The notes under the pieces: model-generated
Told to the model about the DNA's origin: nothing
The model's database searches: none
Seen by the model: the letters and a program-made list of their open reading frames with translations, nothing else
Translations under genes and position numbers: made by a program
NCBI GenBank assembly: GCA_016906335.1
Contig: JADEYG010000007.1
Location: 1 to 64,000, forward strand
Origin: Novakomyces olei
Taxonomy: Eukaryota
DNA: 64,000 bases
Reading direction: 5' to 3'
In this document: positions 45,496 through 59,004 of the stretch, in pieces
Position numbering within the stretch: position 1 is the stretch's first letter
Layout: every line of letters begins with the position of its first letter

Positions 45496-45885
45496 AGTGT
45501 CGCGTGCTCTTGCGGCAGCTGCGAAACGTTCCCTTATTTATAGTCGCCTGGAGACTCTGGCCCCCATTTGCCCTCCTTCTAGCGCGGGATAGGCGCGCGA
45601 TAAGAAATCAGAGGGCATCGAGACCCTTACTTGTGCTACCGCCTGACTTGGCGGTTCCCCAGCCAATAAGAACTCGAGCTGCTTATCGACGCGTGTAATT
45701 AACAGTGGTGCGATCGCCAATTTTGGTTTCCACACATTCTGTTTACGGCTAATTTACTATATTCAGCACCAACCTTTTCGGGTGACACATTGCCAAGTTT
45801 AATCCAAGTTTATTTTTAAATTTATTTCTAAAGTTATTTCAAATTTATAATTTGCCTTCGAGGATAGTTTGACAACACCGGCGGC

Positions 45886-47955
45886 ATGGCTTTCAATATT
45901 CGGGGAACAGAGGCGACACGGATCATCGACCCCGCGACGCTTCCGTATGAATGTGTAAAACTGGAAAATGTAGAGATCCCTATGCCAGACGGCGTCCGCT
46001 TGTTTGCGCACATATGGATGCCGCAAGATGTATTGGCGGGTAAGCAGCGCCCTGCAGGGTCATTGGTGGAGTATATACCCTACAGAAAGAATGACAGCAC
46101 GGCAATGAGGGACGCCATTCGGCATCCGTGGTACGCGGGTAACGGCCTGTGCTCAATCCGAGTCGATATGAGAGGCTGTGGAGACTCGGGGGGTCTCTTG
46201 TACGACGAGTACCTGCAGCAGGAGCAGGACGATGCATTAAGCGTGTTCGACTGGATCATTGCCCAGCCTTGGTCTAATGGCCGCATCGGCATGTTTGGCA
46301 AATCCTGGGGCGGATTCAATTCCCTGCAAGTGGCAGCGCGGCAGCACCCCGCGCTCAAGACATGCATCTCCCTTATGTCCACGGATAACAGGTACACTGA
46401 CGATGTGCACTACCGCGGCGGGTGCCTGCTCGCGTCGGACATGCTGTGGTGGGGGTCGACAATGCTTACGTACGCACCCAGGCCGCCAGATCCAGCTGTG
46501 GTGGGGGACGAATGGAGAACGGAGTGGACGAGACGGTTGAACGTTTCGCCAATGCTGCGCAACTGGGTCGAGCACCAGACGTACGATGCTTACTGGAAGC
46601 ACGGGTCTATCTGTGAAGATTACTCCAAAGTCCAAATCCCGATTCTCTGTGTGGGCGGCTGGCGGGACGGTTACACAAGCGCCGTATTCCGCATGGCACA
46701 GCACCTGCCTAACCCTGAATCAAAGGGTCTCATTGGTCCCTGGGTGCATGAGTACCCAGAGATGGCTGAGCCGGCACCAAAAATTGGGTATCAGCAGCTT
46801 TCGCTTGCCTGGTTTAAAGAGTACCTAGATCCAGATTCTGAAACGAGCCTGGATCTGCCAAAGTTTACTGCCTACATCCAGGAGCCGTGCTCAATTGCAG
46901 AATCGTATGTGCGGAGAGAGGGCAGATGGGTTTCCCTTCGTGATTGCGTGCCTTCAAAGAATCTTGTTCTTTATTTAGACATGGATAATAAGCTCGCCGC
47001 TGCACCGCCAAAGGAGAGTATTCTATACGAGTTTTCGGGCGTTCTTTCACATGGGCTTTTCCGTGGAACCTACTGCCCATTTGGGTTTAAAGGCGATTTC
47101 CCTGCCGATCAAAGGTTTGAGGATTCTAAATGCTTGACTTTTACGACGGAAAGCTTCGAAGAGGATGTGCACATGTTGGGTGAGCCACTGGTGAAACTGA
47201 TGGTTTCGTCAGACAAGAGACTCGCCAATTGCTCCGCAAGGCTGGTCGATATATATCCGAATAACGGAGAACACGTTCTCATCTCGTGGGGCCAATTAAA
47301 TCTGACGCACAGAGATTCGCACGAAACCCCCGAGTACTTGGAGCCAGGGAAGGTATATGACGTTACGATACCGCTTGATGTGCTGGGCATTAAGCTTGAA
47401 ATGGGGCACAAGATTGAGCTAGCACTTTCCACCGTTGATTGGCCATCTAGCTGGCCGTCACCGGAAACTCCAACACTGACGCTACATAAAGGAGAAATTC
47501 AATTGCCCTTGGTAGACACGTCCAAGGAAGTTAGCACCTATGAATTTGCCGGACCGACGAGAATGCCAGAGATCGACACTAAAATCATTAAAAATTTTGG
47601 CCGCACAAAGGACGTTACTTATGACTATGAGACTGATTCGTGGACGCTTACAGATGTGCAAGACTCTGGGGAACTGGAACTACCTGATTTGGGCTCAATT
47701 TCTGGAATTAAAGTGGGAAACTGCAACACTAATATCTGGAAAGTTAGTGGAAGCGATCCCCAAAGCGCCTTCAATGAATGCTCTTGGACATACACAATGG
47801 GCAGAGGCGTTTGGCAAATATCAATGGATGCTTGTTCAAGAATGACTGCGGATTCTGAACATTTTTACCTTACAAACACCCTCAAAGCTTGGGACCATGA
47901 CGAAAGTGTATTTCACAAAACATGGACTGATAAAATCAAGAGGCAATACATTTAA
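45886..47955 (+). CDS. CocE/NonD family hydrolase (peptidase S15 plus PepX C-terminal domain)
   Basis: IPMPDGVRL, PYRK, VDMRGCGDSGG, GKSWGG nucleophile, GGWRD, IGPWVH; intronless. Confidence 0.92.
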   Translation: MAFNIRGTEATRIIDPATLPYECVKLENVEIPMPDGVRLFAHIWMPQDVLAGKQRPAGSLVEYIPYRKNDSTAMRDAIRHPWYAGNGLCSIRVDMRGCGDSGGLLYDEYLQQEQDDALSVFDWIIAQPWSNGRIGMFGKSWGGFNSLQVAARQHPALKTCISLMSTDNRYTDDVHYRGGCLLASDMLWWGSTMLTYAPRPPDPAVVGDEWRTEWTRRLNVSPMLRNWVEHQTYDAYWKHGSICEDYSKVQIPILCVGGWRDGYTSAVFRMAQHLPNPESKGLIGPWVHEYPEMAEPAPKIGYQQLSLAWFKEYLDPDSETSLDLPKFTAYIQEPCSIAESYVRREGRWVSLRDCVPSKNLVLYLDMDNKLAAAPPKESILYEFSGVLSHGLFRGTYCPFGFKGDFPADQRFEDSKCLTFTTESFEEDVHMLGEPLVKLMVSSDKRLANCSARLVDIYPNNGEHVLISWGQLNLTHRDSHETPEYLEPGKVYDVTIPLDVLGIKLEMGHKIELALSTVDWPSSWPSPETPTLTLHKGEIQLPLVDTSKEVSTYEFAGPTRMPEIDTKIIKNFGRTKDVTYDYETDSWTLTDVQDSGELELPDLGSISGIKVGNCNTNIWKVSGSDPQSAFNECSWTYTMGRGVWQISMDACSRMTADSEHFYLTNTLKAWDHDESVFHKTWTDKIKRQYI

Positions 47956-49139
47956 GGCTTGTCTACCGTCTGTATCTGGACTGTGTTGTTTTAGATAGAA
48001 TAGACCTTAAGTACAAATTGTGATAGATTTTCATTCAAGTTGACTGTGTAAAAGTCTGTCAAATAGTACAGTGCTGTAAGGGAAAAGGGCACGTATATGG
48101 TATAAAAATATAAATGTATCGTTTTAGGCCGAAAGTCTCGTACAATGTGATACCTACTAGACTCGTTCGTCGATCAAATACGCGCGGAATTCTGAAGGTA
48201 TATTGTTGCGAGATTCTGCGTCTCATATTGGACTCTGATTGGTCAATCAGTTCCGATGTATTTCTTGGCATTTGACGGCATTACCCGACAAAGAATCATC
48301 TTGTATGTTCATTTTCAAAGACCAAAGTTAATCGTATTGATTGGACCGCAAATTGTTTCTTTTTAGCATTTACTTTCTAGACCCTGGCAGTCCAAGTACG
48401 ACGACACTAGCAAAAGCAGCAAGTGAAACTTATTTTCAAGCAAGTTCATTTTTTGCGTATGCAAGATTCGCTAGCAGGGATATGTCTAAAAATTTTCTGC
48501 TTATCTTATTACTTTACTCGAAGAGGGAAAATGGTCACGTCAAACATCTACTTTGTCTCACTTAGATTGCAATTTGTATTTTATTTTCACTCATGAATTC
48601 AATGGTCTGCTTCGATTTCCAACTTTGGTACAAGGCTGGCCAGGGTCTACAACTCGAATTTGTGAAGGCAGTTCCCAAGTAATTATTACTAGCAAAATAA
48701 ATACGCTCAGGGCGAAACGTAATCAATATTAGTGCTTGTTTTAGTTGTTCGCTATCTGACACATTTTAGTCAGCATTACTTGCTGGAAGGCAAAAGACAG
48801 AGATCGTATCACGTCAAGAATTAACTGCCGAGCATTTTAAATTATTGAATGCTTCTCAATTCTACCTTGACAATAACATTCCGAATCATGTATATAGCCT
48901 TTTACGACACTAATCATGACAAGCTTTGAGTTGAGGAATAATATCAAGTTTTTGATGTTTCATGCTCTTCACTGAAATCTAAACGATTTGATGATTTGAC
49001 CGATTTTCAATTTCCTGTTTTATCATAATTCTCATTGAGCAATGTTTTATACTTGTTTTACTGGAATGAGAGCTATAAACAAAGTCTGATATAAATGAAT
49101 GAATTACAAAATACATATGTTCCTTCAGGAAACTCGACA

Positions 49140-52100
49140 CTAAATCGGTTTTAAGAGTACAATGCAGTCTCCTTCTGCTACAGAATCTGATTCTTGGGCC
49201 AGCACTTTGGTTACCTTGAATCTACTGCTAGCAGGTGCTTTTAAATGGATTTCCATTTTCATAGACTCTAGGACGGTGACGAGTGATCCTGGCTCAATTT
49301 CCTGGCCTGAATTGACCTCCATTTTCCACACTGTTGCGCTTACGGAAGACCTTACTGCTACTAAAGAGCTATCTTCAACTTAGAGAGTTAGCTTAATATG
49401 CGCAAGACCATTTTGAAACTTACCATCGCCTTTGTACATAGTCTTTGCGTTTGCACGCCGAGCCTTCTCTTCGTTCCACTCTTTCAGTAATTTCGCCTCC
49501 AATTTGAGCTCAATCTGTTCGCACTTGGCTTGACGCCGTCTGAGATCGACAATTTGGTCATGGTGACTAAGCTTAAATGAATCATATTCATTCAAATCGA
49601 ATACACAAGTTTCATGCGGAATTTTGTATATACCCAGCGAGAAATCTTTTACTACTTGCTCATATTTCTCTTCTGTGACAGCATGATAAACAATCTGATC
49701 AAAAGGCTCCAGAAGCCAAGGCTTTTCCGGACTGAAATTGGGCTTCTCACCAAATGTGTCCCAGGTACAGCCGGGAAGTGTCATTCCCCATAATCTAGAC
49801 AGGTTAAGACAACTATTGCACGGAAGAATGAAAACGTATCAAAATCAAAAGTAGTGAAATTAAACAGAAAGCTTCTCTTGTATTGAAAAGCCAGACTTAC
49901 ACGTAGCCACCGGGTCTATACATCAAAGTTAGCATACCAGACTTTCTCAAAGACTTTTTATTGTAAAAAGACTTACGCATCATTGGGGTAAATCGATGAC
50001 GTCTCTCCGCCAGTGCCGACTGCACCTGCCGGAGTATAAGTGCGAGAAGGATTATACTTTGGAGTGCAAAGCCTTTTTGTTGGATCAATCGGAAGGTACG
50101 TTGGCAGACCCATCATCCAACCAACGGCGTTGATCATAAAAGGCGTTTCAGTAACAAAGCTCTTCAACTCATTCTTAGAGCTGAGACCGTTTACACGTCG
50201 AATAAAATCGGTATTATCCGGAAGATAAGCAGCAGTTGGCCTTTGTACCTTTCTGTACCGCTCAATACAGTCACGCAAGTGCTTAGCATCGAACAAAAGA
50301 GGTAAATGATAACGGATAGTAGTGAATTTTGTAATATTCTCCAGCCCTGATTCCATTCGAATTAGCAGCTGGAGCACAGAGTCCTGGTTAATTGCAGATG
50401 GATCAAACCGAACGAGAATCGACGTGTTCTCCGCTACAGTGGCATCCGAATAAATCCCCTTGTAAGAGCTATTTTTCAATTTTTGTGCCCACGAATGGAT
50501 TCGGGCCCGGACGTGCATATCAAAGGATTGATGACCATATTCGCATAGAACCGCTCCAAGTCCGGATTGACGAATCGTCAGAGTTGTACTTTCGATACCG
50601 GGTATTTTATGGTGATGGCCAATATAAAGGTCACCGCTGGTATTTTTAAAATATTTTATTTTATCCACATTCTGGTCAAGCTCAGCCACTGTCTCTGAGT
50701 CGTGCCCATCGACTAAAAATTGCTCAATTGCGTTGATCAAGTCTTCAACATTTCGGGTCAGTTGCAATGCAGATTGCCAGTCGACAGCTTTGAACGAAAA
50801 CGCTTCTCCCGGCCGGACTTGTGAAAGGCGCCAAAGGTCAGCTTCCACTACTGTATGAGTGGTAATGAAGCCGGTTTGATTCGGTGCATCCATACCGAAA
50901 ACAACAGCAGAGTTACCCGTAAAACTTACACCACCAATGACGCATCCGTAACCCAGAGTATTGCTGGGATGGCTTCCGCCTTCTCCCCCTGTTGACCTGG
51001 ACCATTCAGGCGGCGACTCAATGTCTACTCTAAACGACGAACGATTCGAATTTGCTGAAATTTTCCATACTGACTCAAACAAATGCTTTTGCCCTTCACC
51101 GGAAACAAAATCGTGTGAAAAATAGGGGCCTGGTAATGCATAGATTGATGGATTGGTGTCAAGCCTTGGAATCAAATGATCAGGCAGATTGATATATTCG
51201 TAATCCTGACTAGAAATAGCGCTTGTTTCTAGGAAATCACCGGCTCGCAAGATTCGTCCCTGATACCCTCCCCAGTTCAAGCTCGGCGTACTGCCTTTGG
51301 AACCATATAGCTCGCCAATACCTGGAAGCCCACCTCGCACAGCCAGATATGCACGGTAGCCTACGGCGCTTTCACCGATTGTCAACACTGAGCCTTTTCT
51401 GATCAAGAGGCGAGACCAAAGTGGTTTCACTACACCATCAACCTTTAAATCAAATTCGCCTCCGCAAACACTAATGATTGCATCACAGTGAAAGAGCAAT
51501 TTAGGCCCGCTCAACGTAATTTCAAGGCCTTCAGTGCCAATAGGATTTCCCGCCAGTAGATTAGCTACCCGAAAGGATAAACTGTCCATGGGGCCCGACT
51601 GAGGGATGCCGTGTGACAATTTTTGCCTCCCCGGGAAATCCTGGACAGTTGTATATGAACCTGGATCAAGAACCTCAATGGCATTGGGCGAGAATATGTA
51701 ATGATCGAGAAACGTCGTCAATGTATGACCAGAAGTGATTTCTTTAGAGTGCAAATGGTTAGCTCACTGAATAAATATCAAAACTTGTTTTGATTTTCTT
51801 ACCCTTTGATTGTACAATGTGCTTCAAGAATTGTAAATTTGTTACAAACCCTGTATACACTATTAGTATGCAGAACAGACAATAAAGTCTATATACCTTG
51901 AATTACAGTATCTGAAAGTACTCGCTGGAGATTCTGAATTGCCGAATCACGATCGGGGCCGTGGACCATGACCTTTGCCAAGAGCGGGTCTTTGTTATTA
52001 GCAATAATATACATACGGATGCTCATACCAAAAAAAGATGTAATCTTGGTCCCAGTTTTTATCCATGTATCAACGCGGACGGCAATATCATTACTAGCAT

Positions 52101-53708
52101 TTGAAAATTCAGGAAAATAAACTTGTTGAAGCAGACCTGATGACGGCATGAAGTTACGAGCTGGATTTTCAGCATAGACTCTGACCTCAATAGCATGGCC
52201 GTGCGGTCCGTCTTTTGCGTACCGCATTAACTGCTCGCGACTGATACCTGAATTCCCAGATACCTCTTCCCTTGCTTGGATAAGCATCAACTCTACAATA
52301 TCCGTATCATAGCAAAGCTCCGAAATCCCATGCTCCACTTGAAGTCTTGTATTCATTTCAAGGAAATAAAAGCTGCCTATATTCGATTAGGGTTGCTCAA
52401 AGTATAGACTCATTAGTTTAATCAGTATATTTTCGTCGTCATTACCTGTATCATCGTCAACCAAGTACTCGATTGTTCCAGCAGACTTGTACTTGATAGT
52501 ACTAGCCAGATTTGTAGAGCAGATTTTCAGTTTCTTCCGCAGAGCTGGGTTTTTGAGAACAAAATGGCTCGGCGTTTCTTCTAAAACTTTCTGGTGCCTT
52601 CTCTGTACCGAACACTCCCGTTCCCCGATAAATAGAATATCTCCAAGCCCATTGCCAAATATTTGCGTCTCGATATGTCGGCTGTTTTTCACATACTTTT
52701 CGATGAAAAACCCTGAATTTTTAAACAGAGTAGAGCCACGACTAGCGACTGCTTTTGCAAATTCTAACGTTTCTCGATCATTGTTGCATATTTGCAGGCC
52801 CATTCCTCCACCTCCGGCTGTAGCCTTCAAGATTACCTGGAATATTATTAGCCAAAAGCCATGTTTTTAATGGCCAACTTACGGGATAACCAATTTCATT
52901 TGATGCTAAAACTGCTTCTTCGGCAGTGGAAATGAGGCCAGTTCCAGACACAACAGGTAGACCTGAACTGACTGCTGCCTCTCTTGCCTCATGTTTTGAT
53001 CCAAACCGTTGAATCACATCCGCAGTCGGGCCCACAAACAACACATCGGCATCCTCGAGGTCCCTCGCAAAATCGTAATTTTCGCTCAAAAAACCTGTCG
53101 CGTATGTAAGAAGCTGCCCAAGGTGATACAAGACGGAGACGATTTTGGGATCAAGTCCAAAATTAAATAATCATTGAACAAGAACAAATCAAAAGTGGCC
53201 AAGTTAATGGCGCTGCTTACCATATCCAGGTAGTACGGCTTGAATATCCCTATCTTTGCAAATAGAGATTATAATTTTGCTGTTCAAATATCCTTTACTG
53301 CCGTTTTCAGGGAGCAGATAGGCTTCGTCCGCCAGAATTTTGTGCGGCGCGAATGCTAGACATCAGTGTTAGAAAAAACTGAAAGAAATGCGCCGCTTGC
53401 TATACCATCTTCTTCCGTAAACACCGCTACTGCGGTAAGACCGAGCTGAAATGCATTAGATAAACATTAATGTTGACAAGTCAAGGGAGCAAGCAGATAT
53501 AGCAATAATAACTAAACAAATGTTTTTATAATATAAGAAGCAAGCGTATGAAATCTATTCAGCCATGTCCATATATAGCGCTTCATATAAAATGTCTATG
53601 CACGGCTTGTATGTTTGAGTGTACCTTCTTGCAGCCTTTAATAAGCCGAACAGCAATTTCACCACGATTCGCAATAAGGACGCGGGACAGGTTTCTTTCC
53701 GACTTCAT
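49140..53708 (-). CDS. Urea carboxylase/LamA-like biotin enzyme (biotin carboxylase, AHS2, AHS1, BCCP), multi-exon
   Basis: VLIANRGEIAVR, PGYGFLSEN, KATAGGGG, RECSVQRRHQK, EMNTRLQVEH, TTVQDFPGR, PKYNPSRTYTP, ESMKM; no amidase domain. Confidence 0.9.
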
Positions 53709-54106
53709 CTTTAATTTCCCTGCCTCTAAACCTTTGCAGCTGCGCGTCGCTAATAGGCTTATATAAATGATTCTATGCTTTATGAAATTAATCGCACGGA
53801 GTATATTCTTACGCGGGGAGGACCCTTAAATCTCTGATAAGCAGCGATTCTTATTATGGCCAGTGTAACGCCTTCCCAAAAAGGTAGTTGTTCCGAATTG
53901 TTAAGAAAAGGGCAACTGACGCGAGGCATAATGTGAGAGATACGCCCACGTACAAATGTGCCGGGCCGATGAGATTAGAAATCAAGGCCCACGTAGGTTT
54001 TATAATTAAAGCGTTGCCACGGTTTCCTGTCTTCTGCCTCTGCAACTTTTAGGCTGGGCAGCTTATTTGACTTTTTGAAGCTTTAAACTGCTATCATCTG
54101 GACAAC

Positions 54107-55215
54107 ATGTCGCAAACAGCAACTATCACTAAGCCCAATATCACCGGTATTGCGTTTGGTGGTACCGGGTCCCGCAAAAACGACAATGCTACAGAAGCAA
54201 TCCCACATTTTGCCAACAAGTACGAAGAGCGCCAGTACGTCAAGGAGCATCTTGCTGGCGCATTTCGAGTGTTTGCAAAATTGGGCTATGCCGATGGGGC
54301 ATCAGGGCACGTTACCGTCCGTGATCCAGTAGACCCAAAGCTGTTTTGGATTAGTAAGTTGCAAAAAGCATAGGCATTTTTTGTTCATATAAAAGATGTT
54401 ATTAGAAAAAATGGAATCATTTGCCATTTTTCGCTGTACACAATCTAACACCTCTTTAGACCCTTTTGGAATGCACTATTCCATGATCACAGCATCTGAC
54501 CTCATTCTGTGCAATGAACATGGCGAAGTAATGCAGGAAACTGAGCATCAAATGAACGCGGCTGGGTTTGTTATTCACTCTACTTTGCATCGTGCTCGTC
54601 CGGACATTAATGTTGTTGCCCATATGCATTCTCCCTATGGTCGTGCCTGGTCTGTTTTTGGACGACCGCTAGAAATGATAACTCAAGGTTAGAAGACATA
54701 CTCAATAAAGCCAGTCTATACAAAAGTTCTAACATCTAAGATTCCTGCTACTTTTACAACGATATTGCTGTTTACGGCGGTTTCGGAGGTGTCGTCTTAG
54801 CAAGCGATGAAGGGGCCCGCCTCGCTGAAGCTTTGGGACAGACCAAAAAACATCTTATTCTACAAAATCATGGGTGAGAAAGATAAGCGAGTAATAAGGC
54901 TCAACACGAAAGCTGCAAGTCACAACAGGGCTCTATGAAATAAAAAATCAAATTTATATACTAATTTGTAGCATTCTGACATGCGGTCAAACGGTCGGAG
55001 AATGCGCAGGCTACTTTATTGCGCTCGAGCGCGCCTGCCAGACCCAACTTCTTGTAGAAGCAGCAGCAGCTAACGGTGTACCGAAAAGATACATTGGCGA
55101 CAAGGAAGCAGCCTACACAAAGAATTGGCTTGGTAAGCCAGAGGTCCTGCACACGGCTTTCCTGCCTGAATTTAGATTGATCGATAAGGAGACCAATGGC
55201 GAATTCCGGAAATAG
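54107..55215 (+). CDS. Class II aldolase/adducin family protein (Mug14-like), 3 introns
   Basis: LAGAFRVF..G..GHVTVRDP, IHSTLH..RPD...HMHS, LQNHG across GT-AG introns. Confidence 0.88.
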
Positions 55216-55317
55216 TTGCTCTGTTTATTGATTATATAATTTTTTCATTTATTTAGTTGCAATTAATTGAAGACGTTATTGAGGTTGTGAACAAAAATTA
55301 TCTCTCCCTTGTATTAA

Positions 55318-57127
55318 CTATACCACAATTATTTGCTCGGCCCTCTCTTTCTGCTCAATTTCGTATTCCACGTAGTCGCGTACTGCTCTGGCTGGTTCCC
55401 TGTGCTGATCGAATATTTTATACATATGCTCAATTGACTCCATAATTTTCATTTGCGAATAATTTCGGTGCATCTCAAAGCTCTCTCTATGCCGTTTCCG
55501 CACCCAGGCTCTATCTGAATCATCAAGAATTTCACGTGCCAGTAAAGAGAACATTAACGATATGGATCTGTCTGCGCTAGACCCAACCGGAACCTGATCA
55601 ACAAGCCGGATCATCATGCGTACATTATGCTGGACACGGTTTGATACGCGCGTATCTTGGAATACTCGTCTTTGTAGTAAAAGCAATGCGCCATATCCAA
55701 ATATTTTCGCCAGTAGTTGCAACTGAGACGATTCGGGTGTAACACAAGCTTCTGCCTTTTCTGTTTTTAGGAAAGCTTTGAGCTCGTATTCGAGCTCTTC
55801 TGCTTGCAAAAAATATGTTTCGTCCCGTGGATTTTCCTTGACGTTCATAGCGAGGCACAGTATAGAATGCAGAAGATGTAGCACTTTGATGGGGAATCCA
55901 GTTGTTTCCGTACAAATAGATATATTTTCATCTTTATAAATGTTTGAATCATTGAAAGCCCAAAATTCTGTTCCAATTAAAGGTCTCCTATGCCGGTAAG
56001 CAGCGCATGCAATATCAATGATCAAGAATTTAAAAGTTATGAAGGCAGTAAGAGAAGAAGGTGGGCGCTGGTTTATAGCATTCAGGCATTGCAAATAATA
56101 CTTGGTTTGCTCTAAATATTTGTCGCTGATAGAACTCCCACTAAATATTGCATTTTCAATTTGAAGCAATAAAGAGATTGTAGCTGCTTGCTTGGAATCA
56201 AAGTTTTCTTTTGAAACCAGACCACTTTTGTCTTCCGGCATACTTTCAAAAGCTGCTAGCGAAGACCTGATGCTTTCGAGACATCGAAATCTTCGAGAAC
56301 AGGCAATTTCCGAAGAAACTCGGCCATGTCCATGCATATATTCCGTACCCAATGCTACTAGCGTATGCATCAATACTGGATGATACAACGCATGCTCAGC
56401 GAGTCGGCGATACGGATTATTAACCCCATCGCAGGTAGACAAAAGACCTGACAAGAAATTGCAGTCTATTTGTTAATAACTGCCTTAAAAAAATTTAATA
56501 TCCTACAAATCATGAACGGTATCTTATCCGCTCCGTCTACAAAACTGTAACTTAAAGACCGAGGAAGCTTGAGATTTTCGAATACGAGAATTTCTCCGTC
56601 ACCCTGCTCAGATTTCCGTGGGCTCGTCGCCTCATCCAAACCAAAAGAAGTTGATAAATCCAAGATTGCATTCGATTCAAACCGGAAATCAAGCTGAGTT
56701 TGATTTTGTCCAAGACTCACCGAATCATCAAACATGAACATCGATTCTTCATCAAATGTGTCGAAAGGGTATGCCGTACAATTGCGACTGTTCAACTCAT
56801 TGGACGGGCGCTCTTCTGTCGATTTTGCATCTTTGGATTTCCGTGCCAGAGTATCTCCAATAACCCATTTGACTTGAAGATCATAAACACAATCAACTTT
56901 TCGTTTTTCACAAGAAGAGCATTTTGGCCTTCGTTCGTCGCATTTTCGATGTCTGCCTTTGCATACTTTGCAGCCTGAAACTTGTTAGTCGAACAGGTCC
57001 CTGTAAAATGATTTGTTGTGGTTTTGTGGAGCATAAAACAAAGTGGAATGAAAAGTAACTAGAACGGAGGTATATAATAGCATATCCTACCCTGTCTTGA
57101 CCGCCTGTCTGCCAATTTGGCACTCAT
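55318..57127 (-). CDS. Zn2Cys6 transcription factor with C-terminal fungal TF domain
   Basis: Spliced RSRQG|CKVCKGRHRKCDERRPKCSSCEKRKVDC; downstream exons 56466-56795 and 55318-56454. Confidence 0.82.
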
Positions 57128-57620
57128 ACTTGGCCTTTTTGTACAACAAAACTAAATTCTGAATGATCTTTGACGTGCTTTGTCTCGTAAAACGTGAGCA
57201 GGTCTTCAATCCGCAGTCTGGTTTTAATTATAAATATTTTATTTCAATTTTAATAGACAACGTATCCAACAAGGTACCGTCCACTACCTGCGAAATAATA
57301 GGAGTTCTCGACCTGATAAGGCTGTATGCTAGATAACAATTGAACTGATAAAAGTAATGCTGCAAGTTGTTTGATTGGCAGATAATAATTGTAAATTATC
57401 ATTACACTTATTGGATATATATAACCTTGATGCATGCGGTGTGTGCAATTTAAAGTAGCCTTATTAGCATGCGTGCAATGGAGGGGGATAATGACATGTC
57501 TCTGGCGTTTGGTCTTTCGCAAAGTAATCTAGTTATAATTATGAAATCCTTTAGATCCTAAACCTCCTGTTTGTACAACACGTTATTGAATATGCACCTA
57601 TCTAAATGAAATATTTACGC

Positions 57621-58500
57621 TCAAACACAAGCGGAAGAGATGGCGGTACGTACTGCACACAAAGTCTCATATGCATCTATTCGATTAGCCAAAGAAAATA
57701 GAGTGGGTCAGATGCTTACGCGGAAGGTCACTGTGAATACAGCAGCTAAAGTCTCGATCGTGAAAGCCAAGAGGAACTTTTGTGCCGTCTGCAGAAATGA
57801 CCGAGTCGCCAGTGATTGCCAGTTCGACTTTGGCCTGTACATCTTCCAAAGCAACGCGTTCTCCAGTTCTATTGAATTAGTAAGCTTGTAAATGATCGAA
57901 AACATACTTGATTGAGCGAAGTTTTGCTTCATTATCGTACCGAATGTCGGGATAAAATTCAGGAACAAAATCCAGCTGCATCTCCTGTGCCATTTTCTCC
58001 ATCCGAGTATTGGCAATAATAAGTGCGGGGACATCAAAAACTTTAATTGCGTTCATAACCGCTCTACAGTGCTTCTCACTGGCTTCGCACATTCGCCACA
58101 CGTACCCGTGTGTTTTAATATAATTCAACTTTACCCCTTCTGCGGCAGCCAGAGCAGAAACGGCCCCAACTTGGTATACAATAGCATCGAATAGCTCAGG
58201 CGGAGTAAGATCAATATGCCTCCGTCCAAATCCCTCACGGTCCGGTAGAGATGGATGAGCTCCGACCAAAACTCCGTATTTCTTTGCCAATTTAATTGTT
58301 TCGTGAATAATCTTTGGATCTCCTCCATGAAATCCACACGCTATGTTGGCAATATCAATATGCTGCATAAGCTGTTCTTCATTGTCACACTATATTTTAA
58401 AGTCAGTTTCGATTCAAGCATTTTCCTTTTGTACCATCTTCCAAGCGCCATAGCCCTCGCCCATATCACAATTAATGGTGACCCGTTTTGACGCGGTCAT
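57621..58500 (-). CDS. LamB/YcsF (PxpA) family protein, multi-exon
   Basis: INCDMGEGYG, ANIACGFHGGDP, GAHPSLPDREGFGRR, YQVGA, CIHSD. Confidence 0.92.
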
Positions 58501-59004
58501 TATGCCAATACGTATTGCAAAGGTCTTTGAGGCAACTTAAAAACAAATCTTGAAAAAACGGCAAATAAAGCAAGCGAGCACGAGGAACGCTTGCAGTAGA
58601 ATTATATGAATGTCCAATTAAATCATTCAAAAGGTGGACTTCTCGCCTTGCTCCTTATCATACCCAAATAGGCAAGTGAACCGCGGTTGTTATCATAGTA
58701 AGCGAAAAGACGATAAAGGTATGCTTATCGGATATTCGCGTTTATCGACATTTGGCATGTTTTCCGCGCGCTATCTCGACGCAACTTTCACTTTAAGCAA
58801 TCAATTATGTTCGTGCATTTATCACGGCTTCACTGTTGAAAAGTAAGATATCATTTCGCAGATCTGGGGCTGACTTGAAACTTTTGTTACTTGTATCGAA
58901 TCCTACTTGGACATTGTATCTTTTTAGCTGTGATTTACGTTCTTTATAATCGCAAAAATAAACAAGTTTACCAGAACAATTAGATTAATAAAGCACTATT
59001 AATA

